DNA of 64,000 nucleotides from NCBI GenBank assembly GCA_035510605.1, contig DATKGW010000012.1:47895-111894 (forward strand). The letters are read 5' to 3'. Below, piece after piece: positions 1-10,303 of the stretch. The position numbers and the translations under genes are program-made. Position 1 is the first letter of the stretch; every line of letters starts with the position of its first letter. The DNA is from Patescibacteria group bacterium (lineage in GTDB: Bacteria; Patescibacteriota; Saccharimonadia; Saccharimonadales; CAIOMD01). A model generated the notes under the pieces. The model was not told the origin of the DNA. It was given only the letters and a program-made list of their open reading frames with translations, and made no database searches.

Positions 1-627
1 CAGCCTAAATATCCTAATAATTCACAAAAGGCTGTAATTGATTCGGTTTCCGGTAAATTGGCCACCAGCTGTACACCCGATTTAGCCAAGCAAACAATAA
101 CCGGTGGCGGAATTTTGTCAGAGGTACCAAGTAGCGACCCGTTATATAACAACTTTATTAAACCGGAACAGGCCCGTTACGGGGCGAGTGGCGGTGCTAT
201 ACCAACAGACAGTGATGACATACACACATGCGACCCGGCAGATTTACCAACGGTTAGTGTAACCGTAAAGCAGTTGGCCTCGCCTGGTCAATACAGCCTT
301 ACTGCAAATGTGACTCAGGGAAAAGCTCCACTAAAAACTCTTAACTTTAAAGTAGATGGGACTATACCTGATGGCGGTTCTTATGATATTTCAAATTGTA
401 CAGGTACCTGCCAGCCTATCACCTACACCTATACAGCTACCTCAAGCGGTTCACATAGTATAACCGCGGAAGTTATTGATACATACCTTTACGATGTGAC
501 CAGTGACCCACCTCAGACCATTGATGTTACGCTAGCCAGTGCTAATACACGCTCTACCAACATATTTGCAGCAACCAATTCTTTGGTAAGAAATAATAAT
601 TTAACTTTAAGCCACCGTAAGCGTTAA
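1..627 (+). CDS. C-terminal part of a large secreted/cell-surface protein with beta-rich Ig-like repeats; 5' end lies outside the window
   Basis: The open frame runs from nt 1 (QPKYPNNSQ...) to the stop at 627. The sequence is Thr/Ser/Gly-rich with repeated 'TxTA' beta-strand-like segments and no catalytic motif I recognise. Confidence 0.4.
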   Translation, partial: QPKYPNNSQKAVIDSVSGKLATSCTPDLAKQTITGGGILSEVPSSDPLYNNFIKPEQARYGASGGAIPTDSDDIHTCDPADLPTVSVTVKQLASPGQYSLTANVTQGKAPLKTLNFKVDGTIPDGGSYDISNCTGTCQPITYTYTATSSGSHSITAEVIDTYLYDVTSDPPQTIDVTLASANTRSTNIFAATNSLVRNNNLTLSHRKR

Positions 628-628
628 T

Positions 629-1435
629 TTATTTTGTAATACGCTGGTCTCTTGTTTGTCTTAAATCTCTTCGAGGCTGTCTTTCGACAGAACGTATCCT
701 TGAGTCTCGATCGGGCTGAGCATCGCCGGTTCTATGATCCGGTGTAGTAACTTCTGATACTTTTTGAGCAAATAACATTTTACCGGCAACTGTTTGGTGA
801 GTACGGGTTACACGGACGCGCACCTTCTTACCCATATCACGGCGGGCGTTATCGATAACTATCATCGTCCCGTCTTCTAAGTAACCGACACCTTGATCTC
901 TATTCGAACCGGCCTGTAATATTTTAACTTCAAAAGTCTCGCCCGGCAGGGCAATCGGCCTTAAGGCGTGTGAAAGTTCGTTAACGTTTAAAACTCTAAC
1001 TCCTTCAATGCTAGCGACTTGGTTAAGATTAAAATCCGTAGTATATAAGTCGGCTTCGATTTTTTTAGCCAGGCGAACTAATTTATCATCAGTGTTTTTG
1101 GCCTGGACTTTAGTGCGCTCTATTTTTACATTTACCGATGGTTCTTGTTGGAGTTGCTGCACGACCTCCAGGCCGAATCGTGCCCGTTCACGCTTGTGGG
1201 CATCTGTCCCATCAGCCAAAAATTGCAGCTCGGCTATTACAAATTCCGGCACTGCTAAATCAAAGGGCATAAAACCGAGCCTGGCTAGCTCAACAATTCG
1301 CCCATCTATTAAAGCGCAACTATCAAGTAGTGCGATTCTTTCTTTTGATCTACCGACTTTCATTTGCGGCAGTTCTTTTATTAGTACTAAAATTCCTATT
1401 GCTAAAATAACAACAGTTTGAACAATTTCAAGCAT
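629..1435 (-). CDS. PIN + TRAM domain membrane-anchored protein (YacL-like)
   Basis: N-terminal TM helix, then PIN-like core (LLDSCALIDGRIVELARLGF...VPEFVIAELQ), then a C-terminal TRAM-like beta barrel (GETFEVKILQ...KVRVRVTRT). Sits immediately downstream of radA, as in Firmicutes radA/yacL synteny. The basic R/D-rich C-terminal tail is unusual. Confidence 0.65.
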   Translation of the reverse strand: MLEIVQTVVILAIGILVLIKELPQMKVGRSKERIALLDSCALIDGRIVELARLGFMPFDLAVPEFVIAELQFLADGTDAHKRERARFGLEVVQQLQQEPSVNVKIERTKVQAKNTDDKLVRLAKKIEADLYTTDFNLNQVASIEGVRVLNVNELSHALRPIALPGETFEVKILQAGSNRDQGVGYLEDGTMIVIDNARRDMGKKVRVRVTRTHQTVAGKMLFAQKVSEVTTPDHRTGDAQPDRDSRIRSVERQPRRDLRQTRDQRITK

Positions 1436-1461
1436 AATGAATTTCCTTTATTTAAAATAAT

Positions 1462-2820
1462 TTATTCTTTGCCAAGGAAGGTATTGAGCGCAGTGCGCAC
1501 ATCACGCATTTGGTTCAGCCAAGCCGGCGGTTTATTGCCAGCACTAACTCTGGGGCCTATTGCGGCTTTAAAGCCGAGTTTTTTGGCCTCACTCAAGCGT
1601 TTGTCTATCCATGGCACGTGTCTGATTTCGCCACTTAAGCCGACTTCCCCGAACACTACGGCGTCCTCTTTTAACTGCATGCCTTTGGCAGCTGAAGCAA
1701 TAGCCATACAAATAGCCAGATCTGCCGCCGGTTCGGTTATTTTAACTCCACCGATAATATTAATATATATATCTTTATCGGCTAATCGTAGTTTAGTGCG
1801 ACGTTCCAGCATTGCCACCAGTAAGTTGACGCGGTTCAAGTCCACGCCAGCAGCCGCCCTTTTTGGGTAGCCATAAGACGTAGTATTAACCAGCGCCTGT
1901 ACTTCTACTAAAACCGGCCTGGTACCCTCTAGAGTTGCCAACACAATCGAGCCATCACTAAGCTGCCTTTCAGCCAAAAATGCCGCCGACGGGTTGTCAA
2001 CAATTTTTAGCCCACTATCAATCATTTCCAATATGGCTGCTTCGTTGGTTGAACCAAAACGGTTCTTGATGCATCTGAGTATTCTAAACCCGCCATAACG
2101 ATCACCTTCCAATTGTAAAACTACATCAACAGCATGTTCCAAGACCTTAGGGCCGGCAATGGCTCCGTCTTTAGTAACATGACCTACTAAAAACAGAGCT
2201 GTTTTGGTCTTTTTGGCAGCGATTGTTAATAATTGAGTGCTATTAGTCACTTGGCTAACACTGCCTGGTACGCCAGCTATTTCTTCGGTAGCGATTGTTT
2301 GAATAGAATCGATAATTACCAAATCATAATCACCGGTTGCTATTGTGGCAGCAATATCATTTGCACTCGTACTGGCTGCCAGTTTAAGATTTTGGTGCAG
2401 AGTATGAAGCCGTTGGCCACGTAAACTAACTTGTTCCGGTGACTCCTCACCACTAATATATAAAACTTTAACCTTTGCCGCAGTCTGATGGGCGAGTTGC
2501 AAAAGCAAGGTGCTTTTACCGATACCAGGTTGACCGGCAATCAAAACAACGCTGCCGGGGACTACACCTCCACCCAATACTTCATCAATATCGGTTATTC
2601 CCATACTTAATCGACCGCTCGGTTTGGGAGTTTTGGCATCAAGCGTTACTGTCTGCAGTATCTTTCCGCTACTTAACGCCAAATCGGATTTGGTAGAGCT
2701 GCGAATATCAATCTGCTCTGTAATTGTGTTCCATGCGCCACAACTATTACACCGCCCTGCCCAACTGGAATGAGCAGCACCGCAAGAGCTACATACGTAA
2801 GCTATTTTTGCTTTTGCCAT
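1462..2820 (-). CDS. radA: DNA repair protein RadA/Sms
   Basis: N-terminal C4 zinc finger (CSSCGAAHSSWAGRCNSCGAW), Walker A GQPGIGKST, RecA-like core, C-terminal Lon-protease-like domain. Confidence 0.9.
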   Translation of the reverse strand: MAKAKIAYVCSSCGAAHSSWAGRCNSCGAWNTITEQIDIRSSTKSDLALSSGKILQTVTLDAKTPKPSGRLSMGITDIDEVLGGGVVPGSVVLIAGQPGIGKSTLLLQLAHQTAAKVKVLYISGEESPEQVSLRGQRLHTLHQNLKLAASTSANDIAATIATGDYDLVIIDSIQTIATEEIAGVPGSVSQVTNSTQLLTIAAKKTKTALFLVGHVTKDGAIAGPKVLEHAVDVVLQLEGDRYGGFRILRCIKNRFGSTNEAAILEMIDSGLKIVDNPSAAFLAERQLSDGSIVLATLEGTRPVLVEVQALVNTTSYGYPKRAAAGVDLNRVNLLVAMLERRTKLRLADKDIYINIIGGVKITEPAADLAICMAIASAAKGMQLKEDAVVFGEVGLSGEIRHVPWIDKRLSEAKKLGFKAAIGPRVSAGNKPPAWLNQMRDVRTALNTFLGKE

Positions 2821-2837
2821 AGTAAATAGTGTACCAG

Positions 2838-3806
2838 TTATTGGTTCGAGATAGCATTAACGCGGCTATCAATACTCTCAGCCAAATTTTGCTGTTCAAT
2901 AATTACGCCATTTCTGGCTTGAACGATATTATTATATTCCACTATTAGACTTTTTATGTTCGCAACTTCAACATTGTAATTGTCTACAGCCTTATTATAA
3001 TTCGGGACTGCGGTATTGTAGACACGGGTTTGGCCACTAGCCGATAAATTATCAAGATTGGTTTTTTGGGTTGCCAACTGATCTGCCTGGGCATTAAGGT
3101 CATTTTCTTTTTGAGTAATTTGGCTTTTACGAAGTGCCAAATCGGCATCATATTTTTCTACCTGAGACCGCAAATTTTCAAATACTTGTTCATAATTTTG
3201 AGCATAGGCAACAATTTTGGCTCGGTTACTAAAGTACTTCGAATAATAAACTTCGAGGTCCGGGCCGACATTACTGACTTCCGTGCCCAAAATGGAATGC
3301 AGCTCATTTGGTACAGAACCCGGTTCTTGTTTCTGATAACTGTCAGCTAAGGCATTAATCCGAGGATCATTAAGTTTCTTATAGGCTGCCTCTACCAATG
3401 CATCGACATGAGCCCTTTCTGAAGGCCCTAGCCTATCATAGGCAGCATGCAACATTTCGTGAGCAGCCGTGACTTGTTCGATGCCATTAAGTGTCGGATC
3501 AACAATTTTATAAATATAAATATGGCTACCCGTATAACAACCCAAAACTATAGTTTGTTCAGTGCTTTTACATTCGCTATTAAATGAACTTTTATCGGAA
3601 ATTTGCGGTTTATTAACATAAAACAACCGCTTACCATAGCTACTCATGGTGTCATCGACAGCTAATTGAGCTACCGTTTGTGGGGGTTTATAGCCCCTTA
3701 AAACTATAAAATCATGGATGTTGTAGCGATTTAGCCATAGCAGTAATATGGCTCCTACAAAAATCAACAGGACAATAAGAGTTTTGGCGGCTTTTTTTAA
3801 TATCAT
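2838..3806 (-). CDS. membrane-anchored protein with HExxH motif and Asn/Gln-rich C-terminal coiled coil (putative metalloprotease-like)
   Basis: N-terminal TM helix; AHEMLHAAY (HExxH); the C-terminal ~120 aa has a heptad-like N/Q/A-rich composition. Confidence 0.4.
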   Translation of the reverse strand: MILKKAAKTLIVLLIFVGAILLLWLNRYNIHDFIVLRGYKPPQTVAQLAVDDTMSSYGKRLFYVNKPQISDKSSFNSECKSTEQTIVLGCYTGSHIYIYKIVDPTLNGIEQVTAAHEMLHAAYDRLGPSERAHVDALVEAAYKKLNDPRINALADSYQKQEPGSVPNELHSILGTEVSNVGPDLEVYYSKYFSNRAKIVAYAQNYEQVFENLRSQVEKYDADLALRKSQITQKENDLNAQADQLATQKTNLDNLSASGQTRVYNTAVPNYNKAVDNYNVEVANIKSLIVEYNNIVQARNGVIIEQQNLAESIDSRVNAISNQ

Positions 3807-3824
3807 TGGCTGATCTTAAGTATA

Positions 3825-6302
3825 CTATTCTTTGATAATTGAAAAATCTATGCCAGACTCATTGGTGCCAACTTTAACGACATCACCATCTTTATAAGAA
3901 CCTTCCAGTAGCTCTTCGGCAATGTGGTCTTCTATAGCATCCTGGATGAGCCGGCGCATTGGCCGGACTCCGTTATGAACATCATAACCTTTTTCTAGTA
4001 ACCAACTTTTGGCTTTGGGGTTAAGATTTATACCCAGTTTCTTGCGTTGTAAGCGGGCTTGCAGTTCGGCTATTTGGACATCAATAATTTTCCGAATGTC
4101 GCTTTTCGAAAGAGCTCTAAACACAATAACCTTATCTATACGGTTGATTAATTCCGGTCTCATATATTTTTTGAGTTCAGAGCTGATTTTTTCTTTATTT
4201 TCTTCATGCAGACTGTCTAAATCTTTATTGTCTTTAACATCAACCCTAAAACCTAGGCCAGCTTCTTTTTGCAAAAGTTCGGCACCGATATTACTGGTAA
4301 GAATAATTATGGTGTTTCTAAAATCTACCCGGCGGCCTTTGGCATCGGTTAACTCGCCGTCTTCAAAAATCTGAAGCAACATATTAAAGACATCCGGATG
4401 AGCTTTCTCGATCTCATCAAACAGCACTAAACTGTAGGGTTGGCGGCGAATTTTATCAGTCAGTTGGCCACCATCGTCATAACCAACATAACCAGCCGGC
4501 GCTCCGACCAATCTGGCGACGGTATGCCGTTCACCGAATTCACTCATATCAATTTTAACCAGAGCATCTTCACGGCCGAAAAATTCGCGGGCCAAGACTC
4601 TAGCCAGTTCTGTCTTGCCTACTCCGGTAGGACCCATAAACACAAATGAGCCTATCGGGCGTTTATCGCTACCAATGCCCGAGCGGTTACGGCGGATGGC
4701 TTTGGCGACTGCAGCCACTGCCTCGCCTTGGCCAATCACATGTTTAGATAATTGCTGCTCAAGTTTAAGTAAGCTTTTAGCTTCTTGCCTGACAATTTTA
4801 CGCAAAGGGACACCGGTAGCTTGAGCGACAACTGCGGCGATATCCTCATTTGTCAATATCAAGCGCTTGTACTTGGCAGTTTTTTTAACCAACTCATCCA
4901 TCTTTTCTTGGGCAGTGCTAATTCGTTGCTTGTATTTGGCTGCCCGCTCATAATCCTCTTGATCTACTGCATCATCCCGACGCATAGTCAATAATTTTAT
5001 TTCCTTTAGCAACTGACGATATTCGGTTGGTGTTTTACCCTTATCAACTCTAAGTAAAGCTGCAGCTTCGTCTATCAGGTCAATCGCCTTATCCGGCATA
5101 AATCGATCATTAATATAACGGCCTGCAAAATAGACAGCGTCTTCTAAAACAGAATCATCAATTGTCACACTATGGAATTGTTCATAATGACTTCTAAGGC
5201 CTTTAAGGATGGCCAATGTTTCGCTGTCGGTTGTTTCGGGCACAACCACCGGTTGAAAGCGACGCTCCAAAGCTGCATCTTTCTCTATATGTTTATGATA
5301 TTCAGCCGTGGTGGTGGCGCCAATAACCTGTATTTGGCCTCGGGCTAAGGCTGGCTTTAAAATATTACCGGCATCGATGGCACCTTCAGCCGCGCCGGCA
5401 CCAACCAAAAGATGCATTTCGTCAATAAATATAATAGTTTTCTTATCAGCCAAAAGTTCTTCCATAACCTTTTTTAATCGCTCTTCGAACTCTCCGCGAT
5501 ATTTGGTACCGGCAATCATGGCCGCTAAATCTAGCATCACAATCCGTTTATCTAATAAACTATCTGGAACGTTTTCGGCAATAATCCGTTCTGCCAGTCC
5601 TTCAACTATGGCTGTTTTGCCAACACCTGGTTCGCCAATTAAAACCGGGTTATTTTTGGTGCGACGATTAAGAATTGTAATTAAGCGGCGGACAACTGCC
5701 TCACGGCCAATCACCGGATCGAGTTTGCCATTAGATGCCATATCTGTTAAATCCGTTCCAAAATACTCCAAGGCACTTTTATTGCCTCGTTTTTTTGACT
5801 TTGTAGAAGTATGTTTTACACCATCTTGCTCGCTCTCATATTGTTGTCGGTTAAGAAATTGCACAGTTTGTTCAACTAATTGATCAACATCAATATTCAT
5901 GTCTTTTAGCAAAACTGTAGCCCGGGCATTTTTTTGCATTAGCAAGCTGTATAAAATATGTTCGGTACCACACATATCCTGGCCATATTCTTGGGCACAA
6001 TCCCAGCTGAGCTTTAAAGCTAATTTAGCCGTTTCACTAAGACCTTTAGCGCCTAAATTAATGACCAGGTTTTTAGGGGTTAGATTTAGGGCTAACTGAG
6101 CTCGTTGAAAATTAACTCCGTTTTCTTCTAGTATTTTGGCAGCGACAGACGATTCTTGAGCCAAAACTCCAAGCAGTAGATGCTCGGTACCGACATAAGC
6201 CGAACCCTGAGCCCGGGCAATTTGATCAGCCGATTTCAGACTCATCAGGGCATTCTCGGTCAGATGACCTAAAAATTCTTGGAAATCAGGTGATTCAGGC
6301 AT
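3825..6302 (-). CDS. clpC: ATP-dependent Clp protease ATP-binding subunit ClpC-type (class I Hsp100 AAA+)
   Basis: Two Clp_N repeats, two AAA+ modules (GEPGVGKT and GPTGVGKT Walker A motifs), ClpB/ClpC signature regions, about 825 aa without a long ClpB middle domain. Confidence 0.85.
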   Translation of the reverse strand: MPESPDFQEFLGHLTENALMSLKSADQIARAQGSAYVGTEHLLLGVLAQESSVAAKILEENGVNFQRAQLALNLTPKNLVINLGAKGLSETAKLALKLSWDCAQEYGQDMCGTEHILYSLLMQKNARATVLLKDMNIDVDQLVEQTVQFLNRQQYESEQDGVKHTSTKSKKRGNKSALEYFGTDLTDMASNGKLDPVIGREAVVRRLITILNRRTKNNPVLIGEPGVGKTAIVEGLAERIIAENVPDSLLDKRIVMLDLAAMIAGTKYRGEFEERLKKVMEELLADKKTIIFIDEMHLLVGAGAAEGAIDAGNILKPALARGQIQVIGATTTAEYHKHIEKDAALERRFQPVVVPETTDSETLAILKGLRSHYEQFHSVTIDDSVLEDAVYFAGRYINDRFMPDKAIDLIDEAAALLRVDKGKTPTEYRQLLKEIKLLTMRRDDAVDQEDYERAAKYKQRISTAQEKMDELVKKTAKYKRLILTNEDIAAVVAQATGVPLRKIVRQEAKSLLKLEQQLSKHVIGQGEAVAAVAKAIRRNRSGIGSDKRPIGSFVFMGPTGVGKTELARVLAREFFGREDALVKIDMSEFGERHTVARLVGAPAGYVGYDDGGQLTDKIRRQPYSLVLFDEIEKAHPDVFNMLLQIFEDGELTDAKGRRVDFRNTIIILTSNIGAELLQKEAGLGFRVDVKDNKDLDSLHEENKEKISSELKKYMRPELINRIDKVIVFRALSKSDIRKIIDVQIAELQARLQRKKLGINLNPKAKSWLLEKGYDVHNGVRPMRRLIQDAIEDHIAEELLEGSYKDGDVVKVGTNESGIDFSIIKE

Positions 6303-6359
6303 GTTAATTAGTAACCCCTCTTTGATTGATTAAACGACATAGTAATAATTATAACTTAG

Positions 6360-6386
6360 TTAGCACTCGCCATGCAAGAGTGCTAA
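6360..6386. promoter_or_regulatory. CIRCE element (HrcA operator), perfect consensus, upstream of clpC
   Basis: TTAGCACTC-gccatgcaa-GAGTGCTAA matches the CIRCE consensus TTAGCACTC-N9-GAGTGCTAA exactly. It lies about 58 nt upstream of the clpC start codon on the coding side. Confidence 0.75.
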
Positions 6387-6436
6387 TTTACACCTATATA
6401 TTATATATAGATTACAGATTATGTCTGTCTAATTAA

Positions 6437-7606
6437 TTACTTAGAAATTTCTTCGCCGTGCTCTTCGATGGCTTCCAACAAACTGTTTTCTAGGTCACTT
6501 TTCTTTTTAAGCTTGGGAGCTTTGGCAGCTGGCACAACTTTGGGATTTTCAACAACTTTTTCGGCTGGTTTGCCACTTTCTATATCAAGTTCGTAACCGG
6601 TCAATTTGCTGGCTAACCGAACATTTTGGCCACTTTTACCAATGGCAATCGATAATTGATCATCAGGTACAATTACCCGGGCTTTTTTAGACTTTTCGTC
6701 TATTTCCACTCTGGTGACCTCAGTTGGGCTCAGTGCGTTAGTGATGTATTGCTTGGGTTCATCGGCCCAGACAACGATATCAATTTTCTCCTGTTCGCCA
6801 ACTTCACTCATAACTGCTTGAACGCGTGTACCATGGCCACCAACAAATGTACCTACCGGATCAACCCCCAGCACCGTGCTGCTAACAGCAACCTTACTGC
6901 GAACCCCTGCTTCACGGGCAATACCCTTGATATTGACGGCACCGTTTTCCATCTCCGGCACCTCAGATTTGAATAATTGCTCCAAGAATTCCGGGCAACC
7001 ACGGCTTATAATAAGCTGCGCACCTCTAAAACCCCTCTCGACATCTTTTAAATAAACCTTGAGACGCTGGCCGGGATAATAACGCTCCCCCTGGATTTGT
7101 TCACTGGCGGGCATTATACCCTGGGCTTTATTTAGCTCCATTCTTGTTAAGCGGCCTTCCACACGGGTAACGGTACCGGCTACAACCGTATGGATTTTAT
7201 CTTCAAACTCGGCCATAACAATTTCACGTTCCGCTTCACGCAAACGCTGCAAGATAACTTGTTTGGCGGTTTGGGCAGCTACCCGTCCAAAACTTTCAAC
7301 TTTTTCTTCGACTTCGACAGTTTCACCAATAACGGCATCCTTATTTATTTCTTTAGCCCTTTTTAAATCAATCTGAGTCTGGGCGTTTTCAACCTTACCC
7401 ACCACCTCTTTGGTAATATATACAAATACTGTACCGGTATTAACATTAATCCGAGCCCGGACTTCTTGCTCACGGTCACCATAATCACGGCGCCAAGCTG
7501 CCGCCAAGGCTTGCTCGACTGTTTCTTGAACAACTTCTTCCGGTAAATTTTTTTCTTCGGCGATAGCTTTGACCGCCATAACCAATTGTTTTGTTTCTAA
7601 TTCCAT
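6437..7606 (-). CDS. nusA: transcription termination/antitermination factor NusA
   Basis: NusA N-terminal domain, S1 and tandem KH domains, acidic/lysine-rich C-terminus. Confidence 0.9.
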   Translation of the reverse strand: MELETKQLVMAVKAIAEEKNLPEEVVQETVEQALAAAWRRDYGDREQEVRARINVNTGTVFVYITKEVVGKVENAQTQIDLKRAKEINKDAVIGETVEVEEKVESFGRVAAQTAKQVILQRLREAEREIVMAEFEDKIHTVVAGTVTRVEGRLTRMELNKAQGIMPASEQIQGERYYPGQRLKVYLKDVERGFRGAQLIISRGCPEFLEQLFKSEVPEMENGAVNIKGIAREAGVRSKVAVSSTVLGVDPVGTFVGGHGTRVQAVMSEVGEQEKIDIVVWADEPKQYITNALSPTEVTRVEIDEKSKKARVIVPDDQLSIAIGKSGQNVRLASKLTGYELDIESGKPAEKVVENPKVVPAAKAPKLKKKSDLENSLLEAIEEHGEEISK

Positions 7607-7730
7607 TGATGTCTCCTGTTGTATTAGCTAAAGGCATGAAAAAATCCGACCATATTGGCCGGACTTGAGCTATATAAATGTTATCATACTTATTGAAATA
7701 ATCAAATATTTAAAGTGATAGGATCTACTG

Positions 7731-10232
7731 ATGTCAAAAGTCTTGCGTCTTTACCAATACTTCGAACCCGGCCGTTACGAATTAAAATTATCAACCGATA
7801 AAAAGGCTCTCTGTTTTGGTGGATCAGTCTTAATCAGTGGAAGACTTAAGGTTAATTCAAACAGACTTCTTCTGCATTCCAAAGATTTGCAAATTGGTTC
7901 AATCAAGGTTGATGACATTCCCTGTACTTTTAAACTGAATCCTTCCAAAGATGAACTTAATATTATGCTGCCAGATATTACGAGTAATGATTTACAAGTA
8001 CAGATTGAATTTAACGGTAAAATTACCAAACCGATGAATGGGCTTTATCCTTGCTATGGCCGAAATGGCGAAATCATTTTAGCAACCCAGTTCGAAAGCC
8101 ATCATGCCCGTGAAGTATTCCCCTGTATAGATGAGCCGGAAGCTAAAGCCGTGTTTTCGCTGAGTTTGATAACACCGCCTGATGAAGTTGTATTAGCCAA
8201 CACCTTACCAAAAACAACATTAAAAAATAGCCACTCGACCACTACGACGTTTGAAAATACGCCAAAAATGTCTACATACCTGCTGGCCTTTGTAATCGGG
8301 AAGCTGGATAATTTGCAAGCGATAACCAGTGATGGTGTCTTGGTGCGAACCTGGAGTACTTCATACCAAGTCAAAAATACCCGTTTTGCGCTCGATGTAG
8401 CCGTTAAATCTTTGGAATTTTTTAATAATTATTTTGAAATTCCCTACCCGCTTAAAAAATGTGACCTCGTAGCTTTACCAGATTTTGCGGCCGGTGCCAT
8501 GGAAAATTGGGGCTGCCTGACCTTTCGCGAAACAGCCATGCTGGTTGACCCAAAAAATACCAGCCTTGATGTCAAACAATTTGCAGCTATGACAATAGTC
8601 CACGAAGTCGCCCACCAATGGTTTGGTAATTTAGTCACTATGAAATGGTGGGATGATTTATGGTTAAATGAAGGTTTCGCCAGTTGGATTGAATTTATGG
8701 CCGTAGATAAGCTCTTTCCAGAATGGCATATGTGGACACAGTTTTTGTCAATTGAGCAACAGGCAGCTCTGCGCCTTGACGCACTAAAAAATACTCACCC
8801 CATAGAGGCATCCATTAATGATCCGGAAGAGATTAGAACTTTATTTGACAGTATCAGTTATTCCAAAGGAGCCAGCATTATCCATATGCTACATGAATAT
8901 TTAGGCAAAAATGACTTCAGGTTGGGGTTAGTCCACTATCTAAAAAAGCACAGTTATGGCTGCACTGACACGGTGGATTTATGGAAAGCCTTGCACGAAA
9001 CCAGCCACAAAAATGTTGAAGCATTTATGGGAAAATGGACAACACAACCGGGATTCCCGCTAGTTAGCATAGAGCCAAAAGATGGCAAGTTATTGTTTTC
9101 ACAGCGTATATTTTTAGAAAAAAGCCTACCTTACAAAAACGAATTATGGCCTATCCCATTACTCTCTTCAGCTCTTAACATAACTACTTTCGATCAATCG
9201 ACACTAGAAACCAATCTACCTAAAGATATGTCTAATTTCAAGATAAACGTTGGTCAATCAGGTTTCTTTATAACTAAATACTGGCCAGATCACTATTTAA
9301 AATTAGGCCAAAGAGTTAAATCAGGCAAAATGCCGGAAGCCGATCGAATTGGTATATTGGCAGATATGCTGGCTTTGACCAGAAACGGCTATCTCCCTGT
9401 CGTGAAGCTTGTCTCTATGCTAAATAATTTTGCCAATGAGACCAGCTCGGCCGTTTGGGACATAATAGCTATGGTACTGGGTGATGTGAGACACGTTATG
9501 GGCGAAAAAATTGTGGAAGCCATTAAACCGCTGGCTCGCGAAATCTCAAATACTCAAGTTATACGACTAGGATGGGAAGAAAAGGATAGTGAAAACTACT
9601 TTGATAAATTATTACGCCCTGTAGTTTTGGCTACTTCCGCCAGTGGTGATGATTCAGCAGTAATAACTAAAGCTACGGATATCTATAAACACGCCAAAAT
9701 TGTTGAGGATATCTCATCTAATTTGCGAAGCATGGTGTTGGCATGCGTTTCAAAGCGCGGAGACAAAGCAGATTTCGACCGTATGTTAGAGCTCTATCAT
9801 TTGGCAACTTCCCCCGAAGACAAAGTCACCTTGGCTCACGCCTTGACTAACTTTAGAAAATTACCGGAGATTAAACGAGCTTTGTCTTTAATTAAGTCCG
9901 AACATGTCAGATTGCAAGACGTAAGTTACTGGATTGCTTTCGCATTTGCCAATCCGATGGCCAAAAATCTAACCTGGGAATGGCTAAAAGACAATTGGTT
10001 TTGGCTAAAAGACAATATGGAAAATGATATGAGTTATCCGCGATTACCGATGTATGTCGCGCGGGCTTTTTCTGATAAGTCGTTCATCATGCAGTACTCT
10101 GCATTCTTCCATAAAGTTTATGAACCCGCTTTGGATAGAGCCATTAAACAAGGTCTAGAAACAATTAAAATGCAAGCTGCCTGGCGAAAACGTGACGAAG
10201 AAGCACTGCTTAATTGGTTGTCCAACCGCTAA
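7731..10232 (+). CDS. pepN: M1-family zinc aminopeptidase (aminopeptidase N-like, with ERAP1-like C-terminal domain)
   Basis: GAMENWG exopeptidase motif and HEVAHQWFGN...WLNEGFA (HExxH-18-E) zinc site; about 830 aa. Confidence 0.85.
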   Translation: MSKVLRLYQYFEPGRYELKLSTDKKALCFGGSVLISGRLKVNSNRLLLHSKDLQIGSIKVDDIPCTFKLNPSKDELNIMLPDITSNDLQVQIEFNGKITKPMNGLYPCYGRNGEIILATQFESHHAREVFPCIDEPEAKAVFSLSLITPPDEVVLANTLPKTTLKNSHSTTTTFENTPKMSTYLLAFVIGKLDNLQAITSDGVLVRTWSTSYQVKNTRFALDVAVKSLEFFNNYFEIPYPLKKCDLVALPDFAAGAMENWGCLTFRETAMLVDPKNTSLDVKQFAAMTIVHEVAHQWFGNLVTMKWWDDLWLNEGFASWIEFMAVDKLFPEWHMWTQFLSIEQQAALRLDALKNTHPIEASINDPEEIRTLFDSISYSKGASIIHMLHEYLGKNDFRLGLVHYLKKHSYGCTDTVDLWKALHETSHKNVEAFMGKWTTQPGFPLVSIEPKDGKLLFSQRIFLEKSLPYKNELWPIPLLSSALNITTFDQSTLETNLPKDMSNFKINVGQSGFFITKYWPDHYLKLGQRVKSGKMPEADRIGILADMLALTRNGYLPVVKLVSMLNNFANETSSAVWDIIAMVLGDVRHVMGEKIVEAIKPLAREISNTQVIRLGWEEKDSENYFDKLLRPVVLATSASGDDSAVITKATDIYKHAKIVEDISSNLRSMVLACVSKRGDKADFDRMLELYHLATSPEDKVTLAHALTNFRKLPEIKRALSLIKSEHVRLQDVSYWIAFAFANPMAKNLTWEWLKDNWFWLKDNMENDMSYPRLPMYVARAFSDKSFIMQYSAFFHKVYEPALDRAIKQGLETIKMQAAWRKRDEEALLNWLSNR

Positions 10233-10303
10233 TTTTTATTCCTCTTGAGTTATTTGGCGGCTGTAGCTTCAGCAAGTCTGCCAATATTTGTAGTACTCAT
10301 ATT

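Noticed and set aside
1008-1421. 137-aa plus-strand ORF
   Set aside because: Lies antisense inside the PIN/TRAM gene, with low-complexity Ser/Leu-rich translation. A shadow ORF.
5308-5883. 191-aa plus-strand ORF
   Set aside because: Antisense within clpC with no motifs. Shadow ORF.
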